Shown in pieces: positions 57,058 through 64,000 of a stretch of DNA of 64,000 bases (its first letter is position 1; every line of letters starts with the position of its first letter). The translations under genes were made by a program, and so were the position numbers. The notes beneath the pieces were generated by a model, which saw nothing but the letters and a program-made list of their open reading frames with translations, made no database searches and was not told the origin of the DNA. The DNA is taken from contig OZ024746.1 of NCBI GenBank assembly GCA_964016885.1, forward strand, positions 23,684,001 through 23,748,000, written 5' to 3'. The stretch comes from Eledone cirrhosa (lineage: Eukaryota).

Positions 57058-58425
57058 CCTTGACAGAGTCCCCCGCTCGGTTATCTGGTGGGTTCTTAGA
57101 AAACTAGGTGTTGATGAATGGCTTGTGAGAGCTATAGAAGCCATGTATAAGGAAACAGTCAGCAAGGTTAGAATTAACAACGAATATAGTGATGAATTTA
57201 GCGCAAAAGTTGGTGTTCATCAAGGCTCTGTCCTTAACCCCCTCCTATTTATTATTGCCCTTCAGGCTATAACAGAGGAGTTCATGACCAGCTGCCTATG
57301 GGAACTTCTATACGCAGATGATCTACCTCTCATAGCTGAATCAATGGCTGAACTAGAGAAGAAATTCCAAACATGGAAGCATGGCCTAGAATTAAAAGGC
57401 CTTAAAGTTAACTTGTCTAAGACTAAAGTTCTAGTATGTAGAAAGGAAAATAGGTTGCAGGTACCCTCTGGGACATGGCCATGCTCAGTATGTAGGAAAG
57501 GAGTAGGTAGGAATTCCATATTATGTCCCAAATGCAAACTGGGGGTACATAAAAGATGTAGTGGGATCACAGGTAAGCTAACTAAGAACGTAGATGTTAT
57601 ATGTGGCCGATGTTCAGGTGCAATAAGTAGCAAGTGCTCACAGGATGCTAGCTTCTTCTATTGCCCAGATGGTTCTATAGAAATAGTGGATACCTTCTGT
57701 TACCTGGGTGACAAAATCAGCAGTGGTGGAGGATGCTCTGAAAGTACAATAGCCAGAGTCAGAACGGAATGGAAAAAGTTCAGAGAGCTTATACGATCAT
57801 TGGCCACTAAAGGTTTCTCTCTAAAAATAAAAGGCAGATTGTATGATGCCTTTATATGAACAACAATGTTACATGGCAGTGAGACATGGGTTTTGTGTGC
57901 AGAGGATCTGCGCAGACTGGATCTCTGTTGGATGTGTAATAGTAATATACGCAAACATTCATCATCATCATTTTACATCCGCTTTTACATCCGCTTGCAA
58001 GGGTGGGATGGGAACTGATTCTGGCTTGATTTCTACAGCTGGATGCCCTTCCTAACACCAACCTCATTTACAGTGAGTGCTGGGTGCTTTTTTGCCGTGG
58101 CACCTCCACGGCCACTTTGCAGTGGAATGATAGGGACCTCAGTCCCTATCTTCTCATTTTTACAGCTGAGTAAACTGGAGCAATGGGAAATAAAGTGTCT
58201 TGCTCAAGGAAACAACACATCACCCGGTCTGAGAATTGAACTCACAACCTTTCGATTGCAAGGCCAATTCTCTAACCACTAAGCCATGTGCCTTCATAAA
58301 CGGCAAAGCATAAATGAACTAAGTAAGAAATTAGGAATAAGAGGGATCAGATGCTGTTTACTCGAGAGAAGACTACGTTGGTATAGTCACGGATTGCGCA
58401 TGAAAGACGACAGCTGTATAAAAAA
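57058..58425 (+). mobile_element. RTE LINE RT + Cys/His finger fragment, interrupted by SINE B
   Basis: [10 protein letters not shown]...[13 protein letters not shown]...LLYADDL...[26 protein letters not shown]...CGRC; resumes at 58296 with KRQSINELSKKLGIRGIRCCLLERRLRWY. Confidence 0.9.
57958..58295 (-). mobile_element. SINE B nested in the RTE LINE
   Basis: Full family-B sequence splits the LINE reading frame. Confidence 0.88.
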
Positions 58426-58569
58426 GAATGTATATTTATATAAATGTATGTATTCATTTATGAATATATACATGCACAGGGACATGGAAATATTTGATTT
58501 GGTGTCCAAGTACATGGTTAGCCCACTGTTAGGACATCATTCTTGGAGAGGGAAAAGTTTGATGTAAAA

Positions 58570-58800
58570 CCTGCTTCTCAATGGAAGTCAATGACCTGTT
58601 CCTTGTCCAGAGGGAGGGCTTGGTCCAATGCAGGGACTTTCTTCACTTAAAAAAGTAACAGGCATCATTTGATTTAAGTGAATTCCAGGTGTGTTGCATG
58701 AACATGGCCTTTTCTTTTTTGTTTTACTGCACCATATGCAGAAAGGAATCCAAGTCCTTGGCAGGGCTAAAAACTCATGCTCGTGTCACCCATGTATGAG
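58570..58800 (+). mobile_element. Decayed LINE C-terminus with a C2H2 zinc finger
   Basis: FYCTICRKESKSLAGLKTHARVTHV* fits C-x2-C-x12-H-x4-H. Confidence 0.45.
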
Positions 58801-58863
58801 AAAAAGGTCAAGGAACAGCAATACTTGAAACGAAGATGCAGCCATTATATATCTATCTATCCA

Positions 58864-59082
58864 GGGCGGTGGATTGGCAGTATCGGTAGAGGGTCGGACG
58901 CCATGCTTTGCAGCATAGAGTTACGCCTCTTTATGATCTGAGCTCAAATCCCGCCGAGGCTAACTTTGTCTTTCATCCTTACGGGGTCGATAAAATAAAG
59001 TACCAGTCACGCACTGGGGTCGATTTAATCGACTTTCCCTTCCCCCAAAATGACTGGCCTTGTGCCTATATAAGAAACCATT
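58864..59082 (+). mobile_element. SINE A copy (long variant)
   Basis: Full-length match. Confidence 0.88.
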
Positions 59083-59116
59083 ATATATCTATCTATCCAT
59101 ATATATATATACACAT

Positions 59117-59842
59117 TGGAGGTGGTGAGAGCAGATCTCAGATCGCTGAAACTCACGAAGGAGATGATGTAGGACCGTGACAAGTGGAGAGATGCTGTGC
59201 TGAATAGGACCCATCCCACCCTTGCAAGCAGGGAAAAGCGGACGTAAAATGATGATGATAATGATGCACGATGTTGCATAGTAGTGAAACATGGGTAGCA
59301 ACTGCAAAGGATATGCAATGGCTGGAGAGAAATGAAGCAAGCATGCTCCATTCGATATTCAATGTCAATGTGCGTGAAAGACCAAGCATAGATGAGTTGA
59401 GAGAGAAACTGTGTATAAGAGGGATAAGTTGTAGTGTGTGGGAGAGAAGACTGCAATGGTATGGACATGTGATGTGCATGGAGGATGACCACTGGGTAAA
59501 GAAGTGCCAAGAAATCCCAGTAGAAGGAAGACACAGTAGAGGAAGACTGCAAAAAAACATGGGCAGAGGTGGTGAGAGCAGACCTCATATTGCTGAAGCT
59601 CACGGAGGAGATGACGAAGGACTGTGACAAGTGGTGAGATGCTGTGCTGAATAGGACATATCCCACCCTTGCAAGCAGGTAAAAGTGGACGTAAAATGAT
59701 GATGATGATGATATATATATATATATATATGAATGTATGTGTTGAAGACAATAACCATAATATATATATGTATATATATATATATATATCATCATCATTA
59801 TCATCATTTTACGTCCGCTTTTCCCTGCTTGCAAGGGTGGGA
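59117..59842. mobile_element. Stacked RTE 3' fragments (+ 59117-59260, + 59263-59710, - tail 59790-59842)
   Basis: Homologous to the 47362 family, including cccacccttgcaagcagg tails. Confidence 0.85.
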
Positions 59843-60255
59843 CATATATATATATATATGAGAGAGAGAGATAAAAAATTCATCATTTATTCGCATAAGA
59901 AGCATTACATTCCATTAAAATTCCTCTTATCAAATGAGATTTTAGTTCTTATACAACTACAGAATAGAATCTATATTAAATCTATATATGTTCACTTATC
60001 GAACCTAAAAGGAAAATATTATCATATGACTATAAAATATTTTGATGGTATTGGTAAACATTTTTACCTCCAAGAAATTATGTCTTTTCTTTACAATGAT
60101 GCATTTGTATTTTATTAGTTTACAAAACTTTTTCTCTGTTTAAATTTACGATTCTTTTGAAGAAATTATAACTGCAACATACTGATGTTTATTTTTCATT
60201 TAATTATATATATCTGTATGTGTGTGTTTGTGTGTTTGTGTGTGTCTCTGTATGT

Positions 60256-60535
60256 GGAGGAACATGGACTTGGTAGTAAGGGTGTTGGACTTAAAAGCAT
60301 AATGTCATGGGTTCGATTCCTGGACCATTGTGTGTTGTGTTCTTGAGCAAAACATTTTATTTCACATTGCTCCAGTATACTTAGCTAAAAATGAGTACCA
60401 ATAATAGCTGAGGTTTTAACCCTGCAATGGACTGGCATCTAGTCCAGGAGGAGTTTTGTACTCTCAGTCCCTTCATGTAACTGAACCCGAGATAAGCATC
60501 GGACTGATGAGTCTCCGTTCGCGAGATAGACTTTA
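60256..60535 (+). mobile_element. Older SINE: tRNA head + CORE + V-domain-like body
   Basis: ggaggaacatgg...gggttcgattcc...ttcttgagcaaaacattttatttcac...ccctgcaatggactggcatctagtccagg; the V-domain assignment is from memory. Confidence 0.6.
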
Positions 60536-60694
60536 TATATATATATCATCATCACTGTTTTACGTCATATATATATATGTATATATGTATTATTATAGAA
60601 ATGATTTCTACATGACTAGAACTGTTTCATTTGTAAGAAATCATCGGGAAAGTTCATGTATATATATATGTCATCATCATAATATATATGTGTC

Positions 60695-60918
60695 CTCCCA
60701 CTGCAAAGTGGTCGTGGAGGCGCCACGGAAAAAAAGCACCCAGCACTCACTGTAAATGAGGTTGGCGTTAGGAAGGGCATCCAGCTGTAGAAATCAAGCC
60801 AGAATCAGTTCCCGTATGAGCAAGACAAGGTCAGCCGACCAGACACTGCCCACAACAGGACAACCCGTCTAACCCAAGCTAGTGTGGAAGAACGGGCGTA
60901 AAACGGTGATGATGATGA
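60695..60918 (+). mobile_element. RTE 3'-UTR fragment (20192 type)
   Basis: ctcccactgcaaagtggtcgtggagg...ttaggaagggcatcc...cccgtctaacccaagctagtgtgg. Confidence 0.8.
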
Positions 60919-60927
60919 TATATATAT

Positions 60928-61088
60928 AATTGTTTCTACTTTTGGCACAAGGCCAGCAATTACCCAGTGCATTACTGGTACTTTATTTTATCGACCCCGT
61001 AAGGATGAAAGGCAAAGTCAACCTCGGCGGAATTTGAACTCAGATCGTTAAGGGACGTAACTATCTGAGTTCAAATCCCACCGAGGTA
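60928..61088 (-). mobile_element. SINE A copy truncated at a short inverted duplication
   Basis: acctcggcggaatttgaactcagat ... atctgagttcaaatcccaccgaggt. Confidence 0.75.
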
Positions 61089-61554
61089 GACATGATATAT
61101 ACGAAATATATAATGTATGTATATATGTGTGTATATATAATATGATCATTGTTATAAGATAATTTGATGCAATCGAGAAATTTGTCAATGTGTGAGTTAA
61201 TATTTGAAAAGTTCAATGAACGGAGTGACAGGCTTTGATCTACACAAATTGATGAATCAAAGCTTTGAGTGGGAGGACTTGAATTCTTTAATATATTCAC
61301 AGATAACCACTGAAGAGTATATATGTAAGTTCCTGGTGCCATGCATACATGATATGTGAAGGCCCGTGGATGTGGATTAGTGCTTAAAGTGTTTGACTCA
61401 CTATTGTAAGTTTGTGAGTTCAATCCCTGGCAGTGCCAAATTTATCAGGGCTGGGGTGCAGGAAGAAAATGTCCTGGGGCTCCCTCCTCATCAAACAGAG
61501 CCACCCTCCCTCTCTGAACAGGGCCCCTTTTTCTTCTCCTTTCTCTTCCTGCTT

Positions 61555-61889
61555 ATCATCATCATCACCATTTTATGTCCGTTCTTCCATGCTAGCATGG
61601 GTTAGACGGGTTGTCCTGTTGTGGGCAGTGTCCAGTCGGCTGACCTTGTCTTGCTCATATGGGAACTGATTCTGGCTTGATTTCTACAGTTGGATGCCCT
61701 TCCTAACACCAACCTCATTTACAGTGTGGGCTGGGTGCTTTTTTTTCCGTTGCGCCTTCACGTCCACTTTACAGTGTGGGCTGGGTGCTTTTTTGCTGTG
61801 GCGCTTCCACGACCACTTTGTGTGGGAGGGAGTGGGGGCATATTGTCTATATGCTTCAGCTTCGGCTTGTACCTGTGGGAGGTCGGGTG
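61555..61889 (-). mobile_element. RTE 3'-UTR fragment (20192 type)
   Basis: Reverse complement matches 20356-20690. Confidence 0.85.
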
Positions 61890-61920
61890 CGTATATATAT
61901 ATATATATATATATAGCCAT

Positions 61921-62260
61921 GGAGGCACATGGCTTAGTGGTTAGAGCATTGGCCTTGCAATCGAAAGGTTGTGAGTTCAATTCCCAGACCGGGTGATGTG
62001 TTGTTTGCTTGAGCAAGACACTTTATTTCACATTGCTCCAGTTTACTCAGCTGTAGAAATGAGATGATAGGGACTGGGATCCCTATCATTCCACTGCAAA
62101 GTGGTCGTGGAGGTGCCACGGCAAAAAAGCACCCAGCACTCACTGTAAATGAGGTTGGTGTTAGGAAGGGCATCCAACTGTAGAAATCAAGCCAGAATCA
62201 GTTCCCGTCCCACCCTTGCAAGCAGGGAAAAGTGGACGTAAAATGAAATGATGATGATGA
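61921..62260 (+). mobile_element. SINE B copy
   Basis: Full-length match. Confidence 0.9.
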
Positions 62261-62619
62261 TATATATATATATATGACAGGACAAAAATTGCCCAGTTCA
62301 CCCTGTAAGGTGGTCGTTTTGGTGCCTTTGATAAAAAGCACCCAGTCCACACTGTAACGTGGTTGGTGTTAGGAACAGCATTCAGCCATAGAAGCCAAGC
62401 AAAATTACAAATTCATATGAGCATGACATGGTCTTCAGATCTGATTTGTCTCATAATGAGACAACCAGTCTAATTCATGCAAGCTTGGAAAATGAACATT
62501 AAACGATAATGATGATGATGATGATGATGATATATGTCTGTGTGTGTGTTGGTATATGAAAGGCCCACCAAACTGGGCCATCCACCCATGTCTAACTCTG
62601 GTCTTGCTTGTGTCATTGA

Positions 62620-62860
62620 GTCAGATATTTTTTTCCTGCTGTTTCAGTTCACTCAGAAGGTAAAAAATAAGTTTAACCTCTAATTCAATAGGATCAATCA
62701 TATCACACACTGTGTCTTGCTGAATCTCCCTGAGAACTACATTAAGAGTACACGTGTTTGTGGTATGTTCTGCTACTTGCACATTAATTTCATCTGCAGG
62801 CTGTTCTGTTATTCGGTCAACTGCAGCACTGGTTGTTAAAAACAACGGAGTTCTAACAAC
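62620..62860 (+). mobile_element. Fragment of another cephalopod SINE-like repeat
   Basis: gtacacgtgtttgtgg...acttgcacattaatttcatctgcaggctgttc resembles a cephalopod SINE body recalled from memory; single copy here. Confidence 0.35.
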
Positions 62861-63707
62861 ATCCACCGTTTATAATCCTTAGTTAACCAGAAATATTGCA
62901 CCATGTACCCCATTCCTCCTGTCCACAGGTCGATTGTGGGGTGGGGTGGGGGGCACACGAGTCCTCCTGCCTACTGGTCAATGATGTCTAGGGAGGGAGG
63001 GAATGTGAGTCCTCCAGTCTTGTGGTGAATTAGTAAGGGTTATGAGTCTTCCAGTCTTGTGGAAGCTTGAAGGAAAGGAGAGCTCTGGCTAGTGGTGGAT
63101 TGGGAGAGGGGTTGAATACCCCCCCCACCCCCGTTTAATGATGGATGGTGGTGGTGAGGTGGGGGGTGAGTCCTCCCATCTAGTGATGGTTTGGGCGAAG
63201 CATTTTTGTGAAGTAGTGGATTGTGTGTGTGTATGAGGGTTGACTGGGTTTTATTCAGGGTCTACACATTATTTAAGGTATTATTAATACACAAGCTTCC
63301 CCACCACTCATTTGTGAAATTTTCAGCCAGGGGTTCCAATAGAACTATTATCTGTCCCTGCTTCTAATTACACCAGCCAGCCAGCCAGCCAACTTGTTCC
63401 TTTGTTAAAGCGGAAAAGTGTTTGATTTGAGGGAGATTTAATAGCTATTGCTGATAAACTGACTGATTATGTTGAGGCTCCTTGGTCGTCTCGCAATTTT
63501 TCTTGTAAGAGGGAGTCTGACACTTGCTATGATTATTCGACACTGTAAAAGTGGTTGGTGTTAGGAAGGGCATCCTGCTGTAGAAACCAAGCCAGAAACA
63601 GTTCTATGAACAAGACACATTCATCTGATCTTACTAGTCTTGCAAAAGCACAGCCTATCTAACCTATGCTAGTGTGGAAAATAGATGTTAGTGATGATGA
63701 TGGTAGG

Positions 63708-64000
63708 GTAGTGGATTGGCAGTATTGGTAGAGACTCAGTCAACATGCTTAGTGGCATATCGTTACGTGCCTTTGCATTCTGAGTTCAAATCCTTGCTTA
63801 GTGGCATATCGTTACGTGCCTTTGCATTCTGAGTTCAAATCCTTGCTTAGTGGCATATCGGTACGTGCCTTTGCATTCTGAGTTCAAATCCTATCATGGT
63901 TAGCTTTATTGATAAAATAAAGTACCAGTTACGCATTGAGGTCGATTTACTCAACTTTCTCCTCACCCCAAAATTGTTGGCCTTGTGCCTGAATTAGAAA
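63708..64000 (+). mobile_element. SINE A with an internal 49-bp triplication that includes the B-box
   Basis: tgcttagtggcatatcg(t/g)tacgtgcctttgcattctgagttcaaatcct starts at 63746, 63795 and 63844. Confidence 0.85.

Noticed and set aside
60500-60535. ctgatga followed by a hairpin, as a possible hammerhead
   Set aside because: No GAAA or stem I follows; it is part of a SINE body
61921-61995. tRNA gene
   Set aside because: The A and B boxes belong to a SINE head; there is no acceptor stem and it continues into the CORE domain

Overview
AT-rich, repeat-saturated animal genomic DNA. It is most likely an octopod cephalopod; this is inferred from the SINE and RTE repertoire and the very long (TA)n/(TATG)n tracts. 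The only host coding sequence I can support is one 512-bp exon (40434-40945, +) encoding the N-terminal ankyrin repeats of an espin/forked-like actin-bundling protein. A relatively CpG-rich unique region precedes it, and an intron of more than 23 kb follows. The rest is mobile DNA and simple repeats: two abundant young tRNA-derived SINE families, RTE, CR1 and L1/Tx1 LINE fragments, Tc1/mariner MITEs, a Helitron, minisatellites and a 200-N gap beside a near-identical tandem duplication. The most striking signal is a set of fold-back (palindromic) elements in or next to (TA)n tracts. Three carry complete minimal type-I hammerhead ribozyme cores. Two also end in a homologous, codon-conserved ORF start (MTLPKYNNI..TRF.IKNLAK), which suggests inverted pseudo-LTR remnants of Penelope-like retroelements or a retrozyme-like system. 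Also visible are SINE/LINE tail sharing with a covarying stem-loop, modular SINE body swapping, a twin-priming-type inverted RTE insertion, and satellites derived from SINE/LINE pieces. Nearly all long ORFs in the supplied track are microsatellite artefacts.
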